A program made the translations under genes and the position numbers. A DNA stretch of 61,545 bases, the filler included, from Sphacelaria rigidula (Eukaryota), in NCBI GenBank assembly GCA_964200075.2. It is 8 parts of 8 records of this genome, joined end to end, with 100 filler letters (N's around TTAATTAATTAA, not from the genome) between each part and the next. Parts side by side here need not be neighbours in the genome. Positions count along the whole stretch, not along the records: positions 46,237 to 53,841 come from CAXNAA020014125.1; positions 53,942 to 61,545 come from CAXNAA020014126.1; 6 more parts are not named here. One strand, given 5' to 3'. Positions 48,995-61,507 of this stretch are shown piece after piece. Below the pieces are notes generated by a model. The model was not told where the DNA came from and ran no database searches. It saw nothing but the letters and a program-made list of their open reading frames with translations. Each line of letters begins with the position of its first letter. Within the stretch, counting starts at the first letter, position 1.

Positions 48995-49481
48995 GTGAGT
49001 GTCGTATTTCCCCTGAGTCGAAAAGTTTTTACGGCCATCCTTCACCAGCAATCACCCCTTTTGCGGATAAGAGCTCAATCCTTGCTTTGAATCGAGTCTC
49101 CCTTGATCACTGACGCACTGGTGGCTGTAGCCACAACAGTGTGACGTTATTTTTCTTCGTCTGATACTTACGTTGGTGATTTCATTTCATGGATGATTTC
49201 CTCGCATTTTTCCACGTGGACGGTTCTCGTCCTCGTGGTGGAACACATCCTGAAGGGGTGTGAGTACAGCTAATACACCAGTTCGTTTCCTCTTTCCTCT
49301 GTCTTGTGTACTGAGATGGCCGTTCAGGTGAGGGGCGAATTGTTCAAGTTGTGTTCGATTTTGGTTACCCGTCTATGAGGTGCTGACATTGAGGTCCCTC
49401 TTCCGTTCTATACACGAGGGCAACGGAGGAGCCGGAGCCTCTGAGTCCATGGGCGATGTTGTAGCTGTGGTTGTTTCTTCA

Positions 49482-49574
49482 CACTCTGAACAGAGAATAC
49501 ACTGTCAAAAAGTGTCCTGTGTACAGTATCGAGTATTGCGTCTATTGCAGCAGACAAAAGATTCCATACTGTAC
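49482..49574. mobile_element. MITE family D, left part, cut by the adjacent LTR
   Basis: Aligns to 35598-35691 (AGAATACAC.GTCA.AAAG.GT.CTG.GTACAGTATCGA...AGATTCCATACTGTAC) and stops exactly at the LTR's TG. Confidence 0.75.
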
Positions 49575-49831
49575 TGTAGACTTCCGTCACTCAAGATCAG
49601 ATTACCATGTGGACTCCTCCCATCATGGGCACATGGACTTCAGCAGCTTTAGTTATTTATGCATTAACCCTCAGCATAGTACAGGAGAACAGGATCATAG
49701 CCTCTCTCCACCAGAGTAGCAAAACCAGTTCTACTCGTCATGGAGGTCACCATCACAGAGTCTGGCAATCAGACCCGCAACTCCACCTACAATGTCCCCG
49801 ACCTTAGGTAACAATGGTGGCTAGGTCTACA
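49575..49831 (-). repeat. Complete 3' LTR (257 bp)
   Basis: Perfect 7-bp inverted termini TGTAGAC...GTCTACA; preceded on the minus strand by a PPT-like TTTTGGGGGTGC. Confidence 0.75.
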
Positions 49832-51610
49832 GCACCCCCAAAACTACCAACAAGTAGTTACATCAGAGCTTGACAAAATCAGACATCATTGGTGCCTGAT
49901 AGTACCGTCGTTTTCCGCAAAGAATAGCAATCTCTTCCGCTGCTTTCGACAACAGCTCTATACAAGGTTGCCCCACTTCCGAACAACTCGCAAAAGATCC
50001 CAAGAAAAAATCGTCCATCATGAACATGCAACCACGCTACTTGCACCACTTTGAGTTACAAAGCGATAGCTAGCGCCAAATTCTCAAATCTTCGCCCAAA
50101 ACAAGTCTGTTGACTCTTCATTGGCACGAAACCGGAAATGTCAGCAAACGTCAAATTCCAGAGCATTCGTGACTCATCGTCCCTCTCATCCGAGACAAGG
50201 TTCTTCTCAACATACAAATGCACTCTTTGTATGTTTAACACCTGCGCAACGGAGTGCAATAGCCAAATGATACATCATCCTCACGCNNNNNNNNNNACGC
50301 TAGAAGGAAATAAGCACCCAACACGTCTAAAACGCACCTGGCCTCTTGCTTCTGCAACACCGTAAAACGTATGCATCGCATGCCTCCCCGCCGTCAAAGC
50401 TTCAATGCTTCAACTTGTCATTTTGTATCAAGACAATCAAAGGAAAGCCATGACTCAAACCGCTATTCAAGTCATGCATACCAATCCAACAACGGCGAAT
50501 GGACCTCGACCTCCGCCATCATCGATCACCACTCGTGATTTCGTTTTCGAACACATGGACGCATCATCCACATGCCTTCTGACATGAACGATAAACCAAC
50601 CACGTGCTCGTTCAAACACGTGACAATATACAATAACGTGCCCCGGTCAAAGATCATTGATGCATGCGCGCATAATGTCTTAATCTTGAACCACCAGAAG
50701 CACTCGCGTCATACCTGCTCACATACGACGGGCCAACGCATTTCGTACCTTTCAGCTCATTTTCACGCTAACAGCAGGTGTCACCGACTCCTACAGCCAG
50801 TACGAGCCTACGCATTTCGTAGTTTTTGCTCATTTTCATGCTAACAGCAGCAATCCACACATCCTGCAGTCGGTACGTGCGAACCGCGCAAATATGATTA
50901 GACTGTGTTTTGCGCGAACAAGATTATACGAGCTTCACTTCATTTAGCATACAGCATTATATTGAAAACTGCCCCACCCTAAGTCGTCACCAAATACCAT
51001 TCATATCAGTACCATTTGAGCAAAAAACCGCACATGCCTGCCAATATTCCACTCAGCATATGAAAATCCGCACATGCATGCCAATATTTCACTCAGCACA
51101 TGCAACGCCACCGTCCTCGCAGCAAACACCATGCATCGTCCGTGCCAACCAGACCAGCGCAACACAAACATGCCAAATACCCACGTGTACGCCAGAGGTT
51201 TACCCTGCACACGCGGTATGATCATACTCGCTCAACAACCATATTTCATGCGCAAGCGTGACCGCGAACCACACAATAACAAGCTGAAATCATTCACAAA
51301 ACTATTGGCGAATACCAGTTATAATGTGTACCTCATTCTCAACAAGCACTCAATCACCACAGCACTTGCTCCTCAACATCAGTACCCAACTCGGCGCTCA
51401 CCACAACAGCTAACACCTGAGGTAATGCCTTCTTTGTAGTCTTCCAGCCCGCTCCTGAGAAACAGCAGCACTCGAACCATAACCCCGTGCACAGCGTGGA
51501 GCAGCCTTTCCTCTCGGACACTCGCTCCTTGCACCTTCAGTCTAGCTACACCTGGCACCCCCATGGTGTAGCCCAACAGGCCTCTAAAAAGGTATATTCG
51601 CAGCGCCAAA

Positions 51611-53150
51611 CTAATGCGACAGATCATCTGCCTCCACAGATACTTGGGCAGTACTGAACACCCGTGCTTTAGTCAGTTTTACAGAGGAAACCAGAGGCGA
51701 AACGGGAACAACTAGACAGTCCCGAACAGCAACACCTCCTGATGACACACTATCCTTCTCAAGCACCCCGCGGCGAAACAGTGGAGACACCTTCGCCATC
51801 GCCGCCAAATACGCCAAAACTGTCCATGTAAAGAGCAGTGCACACGACCACCCCAACACCACGCGACGCTCGTCGTCGCCGTCTGAAGTGTGATCGCTAA
51901 CAGCATCACGAGCTTGCAGCTCGCTCTGCGTACCCGCTTCACGCGGGTCACACGCCCCTGTTGTTTCGATCATGCAAGGCGTGTCCACAGCTACGCGCTG
52001 CTCCGGCGGCAATTTCGCCAACCCGGCATCCACCTGTCCTTCAAGCAGACACCCCTGCGAATCATCTGAACGATCTCCCGCCATGTCACTGGAGCAAATA
52101 GATTCACCCTGAGTATCGCGAGCCCTGAGCTTGCTCTTCTCACTCTCATCACGAAGATAACACCTCCTTGCGGCGGTGAGCATGCAAGGTGTGTCCCCAA
52201 TCACGCTCTGGTCCGGCGGCCATAAGCAACCTGGACCTTTGCCGCTCAGTGCTAGCTCATTGGAGAAAATTGGCTTCGCGCTTCCAACAGCAGCGGCAGT
52301 AGCGGCTGGATCAAGTATCCCCGCTTCAGCCACCACCTCCTGCTCAGCGCACTCATGAACGGCAGCAGCGGCAGCTGAGCTGCCTGCAGTCCGCTCGAGC
52401 TGCGTGGCATGTTCGCCCTCTCCAACAGCAATACCAGCAGCATCTAAACCAATGCTCACCGTGGCACTGTCGGCGGGCGCGCTCTCATGCCTACCCGTTT
52501 CGACAGGCACGTGCTGCGTCTCCTTCCCGCTCTGCACGGTGGAAACAGCTGCCCTGTATGGTGGTTCAAGACGCGCCCTACCGACTGGACGTTCAGCAGG
52601 TGCACTATCGTGCCTATCCCTTCGGGCAGAAACATGCTTCTCCGCTGTCACATTGCAAGCATTTGCCCTGTATCGTTGTTTCAAACGCGCAGCACCTACT
52701 GCACGTTCGGCGGGTGCACTGTCGTGCCTGTCCCCTCGGGCAGGCACATGTTTCTCGGTTGTCACAGTGCAAGCAGCCCCACCGGACGACGCATGCTTGC
52801 GCAACGCGAAACGCAACTGCTCGTTCTCAACATCATAACCATGAATCATGCTTCAAGAACATGTCATACAGACATTTCGCAATATGTTTCGGCATGAGCT
52901 CAGAAACTGCTGCCACCTCCAAGAGGTTTGTCCACCGCGCGTTCACCTGTTCTACATATCGCAAATATTGCTCGTATTTGCGTAAAAACTCGGCCGATTC
53001 CTCGGTCGAAAGCTTGCGGCCGTAGTACGGCATCTCCAGCGCCAGTACAGGAACAACACGACCATCGACGATGACATATTCCTGCGCCTCATTCATTTCG
53101 GTCAGCAGGACAGTACTCCACACCGTCTTTTTGACGAAGTCGCCTCCCAC
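51611..53150 (-). pseudogene. gag-like ORF (frameshifted at ~52840) with internal peptide duplications
   Basis: EESAEFLRKYEQYLRYVEQVN...VSELMP; three copies of [EQ]..HV[PS]....RH[DE]SAPA and two of DTPCM; located just inside the 5' LTR. Confidence 0.5.
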
Positions 53151-53596
53151 TCACAGGGACAACAACTCTCTCCTTACACCGAGACGCGCTGTACCACCTT
53201 CCAACGACAATGGCCACAGCGGCTCTTCCTCACGCAGGTCTCACCACGTGTTTGAAGTCCTTAGACTCCTCTTCCCGGCCGTACCTGGCCAAGCGTGGAA
53301 CAAGCAACTCTCGCTGGCTCCACTAGGCAGTAATTTCGCCGCTTTTTTTGGAATGATCTCGAGCTCGCCAGCTGTCGATCGACCGCCCGCACCTCACCCA
53401 CGAGCGACACCAAAGCCCGCCCTAGCACTGCCTCAGAATCTCCTCGGCTCTAGTTCTCCAACTCCTCGCGACGTTAGCACGCCTTAAGCTGGTCTTGTTT
53501 GCTGCAAACTGATCAGGCCTGCAGACTTCCCTATCTTGAAGTGTCAGCTGCTTTCAGCGGACCTACCACTAGTCAGCGGACTTAATGAAAGTTCAT

Positions 53597-53766
53597 TGCA
53601 GACTTCTGTCACTCAAGATCAGATTGCCATGTGGATTCTTCCCATCACGGGCACATGGACTTCAGCAGCTTTAGTTATTTGTGTATTAACCCTCAGCATA
53701 AAACAGGAGAACAGGATCATAGCCTCTCTCCACCAGAGTAGCAAAACCAGCTCTACTCGTCATGGA
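53597..53766 (-). repeat. 5' LTR, outer part missing
   Basis: Matches only 49575-49744 of the 257-bp LTR. Confidence 0.75.
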
Positions 53767-53841
53767 TAGTTTTTGTTTTTCCTTGATGGAAGGAGGAAAC
53801 CCAACCCAACACTTACCCCGCTGGCGACCGCAACGATCGCG

Positions 53842-53941
53842 NNNNNNNNNNNNNNNNNNNNNNNNNNNNNNNNNNNNNNNNNNNNTTAATTAATTAANNN
53901 NNNNNNNNNNNNNNNNNNNNNNNNNNNNNNNNNNNNNNNNN
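53842..53941. other. Artificial contig linker
   Basis: N44-TTAATTAATTAA-N44. Confidence 0.99.
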
Positions 53942-53945
53942 AACA

Positions 53946-54252
53946 AACAGTGTTTTCGTGAGATTGAGAGAAGATGATACGACTGAGAGTCAAAAGGTCA
54001 ATCAGTGAATGAATCGTTTCAGTTCCGAAATTGCACTTCCACGAGGCCCAACATGCTTTCTGCAATAATAGCTGGCCACTGAGGCCCTTGATGTCCCTGG
54101 GTAGGATATCGACGTGTAGCTGTAAGCACACGCAAGTAGTGATGGAGGTAAGGAAAAGCACACGTGGAAAAAAAATGAATCACTTAAAGCGAATGATCAA
54201 AGCCACTCCCAATCGTATCATCTACTACTCTCAATCTCACGAAAACACAGTT
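53946..54252. mobile_element. MITE family B, full copy (~307 bp, ~45-bp TIRs)
   Basis: AACAGTGTTTTCGTGAGATTGAGAG.AGATGATACGA ... TCGTATCATCTACTACTCTCAATCTCACGAAAACACAGTT. Confidence 0.88.
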
Positions 54253-54517
54253 AACAAGGATATGACCCTGCGACTCTTATCGCTTTGGCTGGTGATCGTG
54301 GCTCTCGAGTTTGCCTCCCTTCCTGTTTGGCCTCGTGTGTTGAGTGGACCCATGTGCCCTGCACCCAGTAGTAGTAGCCCGAATGGTCGCATACGGCATC
54401 GGAACTTGGAGGGCTAGCAGTAATAATTCTGTTTCCCTCCTTTTATTTTATCTTATTGGTATTCATTTTTCTTCATTTTTTTTTTATCGTGTCTATGTGA
54501 TTTTTTTCTGGGTTCGA

Positions 54518-55002
54518 CAGGGGGCAACGCGGAGGAGATTTTCGGACATGCCCCCCCCAGAGGACATATTTTTCGAAAATTGTGTAATGTTTTTCGTTAT
54601 TTTTTATCAGCTTTGTCGGAAGAAGTTGATCAATAAACACTGTTTGGATTTTTTCTGTTATTTTGCTACAAGAAACTTATCAATGAACAATGTCAAAAAC
54701 CGAAAAGTCTGGTGGGCTTTGCGGGGTTCGTATATCTTCTGCTTCTGCTCCTTGCCCGCGCTGTCCCGATGACCTCAGAATCTGGAAAATCCCAAGAGAC
54801 ACTGCTTCGAGGTGCACACGTTACATCACGTTACGTTACATTTGTCCCGTCCGAATAATCAAACCGTACGGGGCGTTAAATGGCTCAAATATGCGTTTTC
54901 CCCGTTTTTTCAAATGTGTAACGTTTGTAACGTGTATATCCCTGAAATTTTCGATCTTGGGGCCTACATGATGTCCTGAACTTTTGCTTTCGCTGCCCCC
55001 TG
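54518..55002. mobile_element. Possible old non-autonomous TIR element (CAGGGGGCA termini)
   Basis: CAGGGGGCAACG...TTCGGACAT versus ATGTCCTGAA...CGCTGCCCCCTG; no clean TSD. Confidence 0.45.
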
Positions 55003-55135
55003 GGTCGGATTTCTTTTTATAATTTTCGTTTATACCCTAACTTAAGGTAGTTGGCCTGTGAACACGGAAGGCGTCAGCATCAGATGCCCAGTACATAGTA
55101 CTGATCAAATATCGGGACGGTTTTTAATGTGAAGA

Positions 55136-55209
55136 CAACACCACCACCACCACCACCACCACCACCACCACTAACAACAATAACAACAACAGCAGCAGCA
55201 ACAACAACG
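55136..55209 (+). repeat. Compound trinucleotide microsatellite (CAC)n(AAC)n(AGC)n
   Basis: Seen directly. Confidence 0.9.
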
Positions 55210-56633
55210 ATTTGACGCTCCAGCAACAACGCGCCGGTCTTTTGTGCTTATATGGTGCTGCTGTTCCGATATCGGGGCTGGTATCAAGGTCAAGCCAGGC
55301 TCCCGTCACCAACGGATGGTAATCGATCACATCATCGATGGTTGGTCCAAGGAACGGAAAAGAAGAACCGCTGCACACATGTAAACGGGGACAGGACGGC
55401 AATATTGTAACGTTCAGCCCTATACAGAGTAACATGCCCCCAACAGACATATGGATGGACAGCTAAAGCCCCCGTTCTCGATAGTCGCTGAACGCATGCA
55501 CACCCCGCCGAGCCCGTGTGAATCATCCCTAGTAGTAAATCAAACAAACATCGAAATGACCCGAACCTCACGGCACCCATCTTGTTTTCTCCTCTCTTCA
55601 CTACTACTACAATGCAGTGCGGTCCTGCCTTTCCTGATAGCTTTCAGTCACTCGCATATCTCGCCTGCACCAGCGCCAACAACATTTACACGACATGAAG
55701 CTGAGGACACGATCCCAACTTCTCGCGCGTCGTTGATGATTGCTACGCGCAGATAGATGTGATGAGTCGCTATTATTGCTGTACTGTTATCCCTATTTAT
55801 ATATGCGTGGCGGTTCTAATATGTCTGTTTCTTGGACCAACCATCGATGTATTCAACCGGCGAACGCGATCTGCAGGCAATCTCATCCGTTGGCCCACGT
55901 AGCGATGCACCGACGGAGAAGAGCGGTTCACCACGATTGCCCCGATCTACTCCGCGCCCGGTAAAAAAATATAGCAAGAGATGATGGCGGCTCGTGTCCG
56001 TGTCCTGTGTTCGCATCACCGAAAACCAGTTGACGCGTCACTGCGCGCCAAGGCCACGAAGAGATGGCGACCGTTCACCTCATGCGGCGACCCTCCGTGA
56101 AACTCTGTTGGGAACGCGGCGGGGCAGGAACGGGGGTCCAGCGTCCGGCGACTCGACATCGGGCTTGGTGTGAATGACGGCGATAGTTGCGGTAGCAGCA
56201 GCAGCAGCAGCAACGATGGTGGTATGTTCTCCAGTATGGTACACTTGAGTCTCCATAACGGTAAATCAAGATGTATCTGTCTGTCTGTCCGTCTGTCTGT
56301 CTGTTGATATGTCTGTCTGTCGATCCGCCTGTCTGTATGCACGTCTTTCCCCTATCCGTCCGACCATTCATTTCTCCGACCTGACAATTGCCAATTCTTC
56401 AATTCTTAATATTTTTCGGATCTTCTCACCCTTGGCGTTGATCCCTATATATATGCTACAACGATTGCCAACTGCCATCACACAAACGCGCGGCCTGGGC
56501 CGAACCCCACACCATCCTGGGGTGGCGTGTGCGTTGACTCACCACATTTGACTGAGCAACTCTAATCGTGGGGGGTGCCGCCGGAAGAATGCACGTCCCC
56601 ACCCAGCTCCAGCATACAGTGCATGCCTTACAG

Positions 56634-56635
<2 letters not shown>

Positions 56636-56698
<63 letters not shown>

Positions 56699-56830
56699 TG
56701 TCGTCCCATCTATTCTGGACGCCGTCTCCACCTTTCGGTACATGTGGGCGCACCAGCCGGGGCCACACAGGAGGAAGGTCAACACATGCGTTTTTTCTCT
56801 TTTAGTTGTTTTTCGTACTCCACCTTCCGA
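56636..56830 (-). mobile_element. Retroposon-like repeat family C with (CA)n tail
   Basis: (TG)n followed by GTCGTCCCATCTATTCTGGACGCC...CAGCCGGGGCCACACAGGAGGAAG; homologous to 9950-10206. Confidence 0.75.
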
Positions 56831-57931
56831 CTACGCGGTGGGTATTTATATTTTGTACAGTACCATTATTGGGTGTTATTGTGATGATGTGATTACTGTA
56901 GCAACTCTCATAGGCTTCTTCGAATTCAGCTTGGCAACCGTCACCGACAGCCACCACGCAAACGCTCGACCTGGGCCAAATAGCACGTCCCGGGGAGGCA
57001 TGCGTGTCGACACCTCAGATATGACTCAAGCAAATGAACGAGATAATGGCCTGTGTTGTACTCGACCATGGATATAAGAATAAGAATCAATCAATTCATC
57101 AACCCCAATCCAGATTCATCGGGGGCGTTGTTTGAGGAATGCACGACATCACCCATCTCCAGTATACTTGGACTACCCACCACGCGGTGAATCTGCAACA
57201 ATGCCTTTTGTATTGTGATTTAATTAGGTCAACAAACATCGTATGCGTCTGCAAATTCAGGTTGGCAATGACTCCAACGGCCATCGCGCAAACACTCGGC
57301 CTCGGCCAACTCCACTAATGCTTCCTTAAATGGCTAGAGTGGGTCATGTGTCCAATCGGCATCAGTTTCACTTGGAAAACATATAGGGGGTCCAGATGGA
57401 CTACCCTGTAGGTCCACGTAAGGGTCAACCCTTGAACCGCGATGCGGGTAGTCCGCCTGGATCATGGATATTTTTTTCAAGTGAACTAGATGCCGATCCA
57501 ACAGATGATGGCCTCCTCTCGCAGCCAAAGAGTTGACCCTTTTGGAACTCATTGACGGTTCTTGTTTTCGTGAATCGGCATCATTTTGACTTTGAAATGA
57601 CTGAAAATGATGCCGATTCACGAAAACAAAAATCGTCAATGGGTTGCAAAACTTCTCACGCTTGGCATATCCTCAGTTTTCCTCCTTCCGCCAAGTGAAA
57701 AACGAATGGCAGATCCTACAGTATACCGTACGCAGTACAATTTTTGCCAACGTGATCTCTTGTCCAGGGTGTTGGATTTTTATTCTAACTAATGGATCTT
57801 CGAAGCTCCGTTGTATCCAGGTGTGTGCGGAACGCAAGTGCACGCTCATAAATTATTTGCCTCTTCCGATACGTCTGTATGCAAGTATGCGGTACGATGA
57901 TGCATTCGTATATGATATGCTACCTTATTAA

Positions 57932-58028
57932 CCCTTAGACCGCGAGATTAGTCTTCCTGGATCATGCATACTTTTTTCACTTGAAATTGATGCCGATTCA
58001 ACAGAAGACTAGCCTCGCGATCTAAGGG
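57932..58028. mobile_element. 97-bp piggyBac-type MITE
   Basis: TTAA|CCCTTAGACCGCGAGATTAGTCTTC...GAAGACTAGCCTCGCGATCTAAGGG|TTAA; 25-bp TIR, TTAA TSD; diverged sibling at ~57425-57536. Confidence 0.85.
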
Positions 58029-60104
58029 TTAAGCCATTTTGGAAGACGCTCTCAATCGAACACCCGCGTTTCAAGTCCGCGAATGCCGCGGTCATGCTCA
58101 ATGGTGGCAATATAGGAAACAATACGCTGGAGAATAGCGTGGACCGAAACAGCTCATTGGCGTTGCATTACAAGTGATATATTTTCCGTCAGATGGGTTT
58201 CTTGGAGCGACCGAAGGGATTGCAGCGGAGCAAAAGCTCAAGGCTGGGCACGTCTGCACGCCGTTGCCTGTTTTGTGTCGACTTTACCTCGATCTTTCGG
58301 AGGTGAGTCTTTTTTGTCTTCGTGTCAGCGAACGGGAGCGGTAACCGCAGGCTAAGGAGGTGAAGAGAGGGTGAGCAATAGCCACAGCCACATTTCCAAT
58401 AATAAGCGATACCATAGGTGTGGCGCATCAGCGGACGATCAAGGTCGCTACTTGCTCATATCATGCTCATCCTGTTATACTTGCGGGAAGGCGGTGCACA
58501 CGTGAAGCGGGAAAATGTCGAAGGACAAGGAGGGTCGGTCAACTAGCAGCCATCATCATGACTTCAGGTTACCCTTTCAGTTAAACTCACTCGTATTTTG
58601 AGACCTGTATATTTCTGGCGAAGCCCCGCTGGTCTAACTGTTTTTTTGCTTCTTTTTTTCACTGTAACTCCTCCCCTTTTTCGGAACGTCCGTGGTCTCA
58701 AGGGATCAACCCATCTCTCCTCCGGTACACACCCGATGTTTCGGTTTTCGCGGATTGAGTCAGCACTCCCGCGCACCGCATCTACTGTCGTCAAACGAAC
58801 TCAGCCAAACAGACGCTACTTCTGCAACTCACGCCCTCACGCTTACTTTATTCATCAGCGGAAATCAGATACTACAGTAGTACTGTGAGGAAACAGCCAA
58901 ACTATCAACAATTATTGACGCATTTGGCGGGAAGTGATACATTTGGCGGAAATCGAACCCATGTGTCCCCCAACCTAATTAATAATAATGGAGTCAGTTG
59001 TACCATTCATTTAGGTTGCGGTGGTCCTCAATTTGAACACCAATCCATTATCTAGCCAGTCAGAGCGGTGATGGGTTCGTATTCCGGCAGGAGTGCTATT
59101 CCTGAGCAGAGTGCCGTTTCCGTGGTTGGAAAAGCGTGTCAGGAAACTGCACTAGCATCGAAGAAGAAATTGACAAGAAAAGTGGACGCGGTGCGCCAGT
59201 GCGGATTCGATTCGCAACAATACCACAGTGTCAGGCAGCTAGCTGCATACTTCACCGCAAGGAGCCCATGCTGGCCGTCGGGGAGAATTGGCCATGTGAC
59301 ACACAAAACACCGTTGAAATCCCCACGACGAATTTATTATGCGGGCTCACCTACCCGTCGTCCTAGAGGCCCTGGCCGATGAGGCATGCCTCAGTGCTTA
59401 TCTGAGACACCCTTATTTCAGGAACGGGTTGCCTCCCACAATAATAGTGTTTGTTGCCTGACATGCCGTATTTCAGCACGGCAAAGTCAAGATACACGAT
59501 TTACGGCACTAAGACGACGGTCAACCTTGGGCCAACCATTGTCGTTTGCCATGAACTACTACAGGCCCTGGCTGATGAGGCATCCCGTAGGCTGTGAGGG
59601 CTTCCCTCCTGCAGGGGTTACGCTATGGAATATGCCACTATATATCTGGCGTGCTATGGAAAATACCAGCACATACCTGGCCGTGCAATTATCACGTTCC
59701 GTATAGGACCGATGACGTCAGAGTTTTTCTGTCTTCAAGCCACTCTCGGCAGGTACATCTACGATCCACGGCCCGCCTCCTAGCTGGGTGCGTTAACTAC
59801 CACCCTGCTCGGAAATATAATGAGCATTCGGTTACTCGGAAATATAACGAACGCTTAGCGATTCCGCCCCTAGATCGAGTGTACTCTTTTAAAAATCCCT
59901 CGAAACGATGAAAAAGTGATTGGGGGATGGTCCAAATACATCCCCTGAGGAAAGGGAAATTACATTGCATCCCCGGGTTTTGCAATTTTTGCGTAAACCA
60001 AGGGCGGGTGACAAAAATAACCTTGGACACACACTCCCTTTTTTCCATTTGGGGCCGATTGTGTGTGTGTAGGGGGGGGGGGGTAGCACTGTTGGGACCT
60101 TGTC

Positions 60105-60593
60105 CGGGCTGGCAGGCTCCGGTTCTATACTAAATCCTTTATACTCGATGCAACCAAGCGGGCTGGCAGGTTCCGGTTCTATACTAAATCCTATACACTC
60201 AATGCAACCAAGCGGGCTGGCAGGTTCCGGGTCTATACTAAATCCTGTATACTTAATGCAACCAAGCGGGCTGGCAGGCTCCGGTTCTAAACTAAATCCT
60301 GTATACTTGATGCAACCAAGCGGGCTGGCAGGCTCCGGTTCTATACTAAATGCTATATACTTGATACAACAAAGCGGGTTGGCAAGCTCCGGTTCTATAC
60401 TAAATCCTGTATACTCAATGCAACCAAGCGGGCTGGCAGGCTCCGGTTCTATGCTAAATACTATATATATACTCAATGCAACCAAGTGGGCTGGCAGGCT
60501 CCGGTTCTATACTAAATCCTATATACTCATGCAACCAAGCGGGCTGGCAGGCTCCGGTTCTATACTAAATCCTGTATACGCAATGCAACCAAG
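60105..60593 (+). repeat. Minisatellite, 9 x 54-bp unit
   Basis: CGGGCTGGCAGGCTCCGGTTCTATACTAAATCCT.TATACT..ATGCAACCAAG in head-to-tail tandem. Confidence 0.95.
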
Positions 60594-61182
60594 CTCAACT
60601 ACAAGTTACTTGGTTTTAGAATGGGTTGGACGGGGGAGAAGAGTCACCTCACTTGCAGAGCACGCCCAAGCACAAGCAGCAAAAAACAAAACAGTCGCGG
60701 TCTCGGCAAGTCTGGGTTTGGTGTTGGGCTAGAAGTACGCTATGTAAGCGAACATAAACCGCTTGATCTATTGCTTAATGCAACCTGACCATGAATCCTA
60801 GCAAACCCAAGTGAGTCAGATGACTAGAGTTCGGCACCCTAACACCAGAACAGGCAGAGCCAAGGATTTTTCGCAAAAACGCGGCGAGACTAATTAGTTG
60901 GGGCAAAATATCGAGGCGGGGGAGGGGGGCAGTTGCGACGAACCACAAACCCTTCAGCCGTCTGTGACCGCAGCAAGCACTGCCCACTGCAACGGCCGCA
61001 CTAGTGTGGCTGAGGGGGTGTAGCCGGGGGATCTGCGTTATTACTTTATTTATTTGGCGTAATCATTTTTACTGCTTGCTTAAATCATCTTGAATCATCA
61101 AAGAATTATTATTATTGATAAATTAATCGAAAACAACACTCAACACTGCTCAAACCACTGCACACCATCAAACTTTATTCGT

Positions 61183-61507
61183 GAAACACACGAACAAACC
61201 ACGCACGGCTCGTGCGCCTTGTTTCGACAACGTCTTGCTGAGCAACTGACGCCTCAAAGGCTGATAAACAGTTGTCTCGTTTGAGAAAAAATAATCAAAT
61301 CAGGAGCTGCTGGGGGGGGTAGTGTGGGTCCAGGGATATTTTTTTCACCCGCCCTTGGCACACCATCCAAGTTTATTAATGAAACACACTAACGAACCAC
61401 GCACGGCTCGTGCGCCTTGTTTCGACAACGTCTTGCTGAGCAACTGACGCCCCAAAGGCTGATAAACAGTTGTCTCGTTTGAGAGAAAAAAAATCAAATC
61501 AGGAGCT
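61183..61507 (+). repeat. Near-identical ~125-bp direct duplication (61183-61307, 61381-61507)
   Basis: GAAACACAC.AAC.AACCACGCACGGCTCGTGCGCCTTGTTTCGACAACG...AATCAAATCAGGAGCT twice, period 198. Confidence 0.9.

Larger units (their letters stand above)
49575..53766 (-). mobile_element. Degenerate LTR retrotransposon (non-autonomous, superfamily uncertain)
   Basis: Direct repeats 49575-49744 and 53597-53766 (11 mismatches in ~170 bp); internal minus-strand gag-like ORFs 52833-53150 and 51611-52849; no intact pol; N10 gap at 50287-50296. Confidence 0.8.

Noticed and set aside
59563..59620. Hammerhead ribozyme
   Set aside because: CTGATGA is present, but there is no stem II-GAAA-stem III arrangement. 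The other CTGANGA sites I checked by eye also lacked it.
60105..60593. CRISPR array
   Set aside because: Units are head-to-tail with no unique spacers, the context is eukaryotic, and there are no cas genes.
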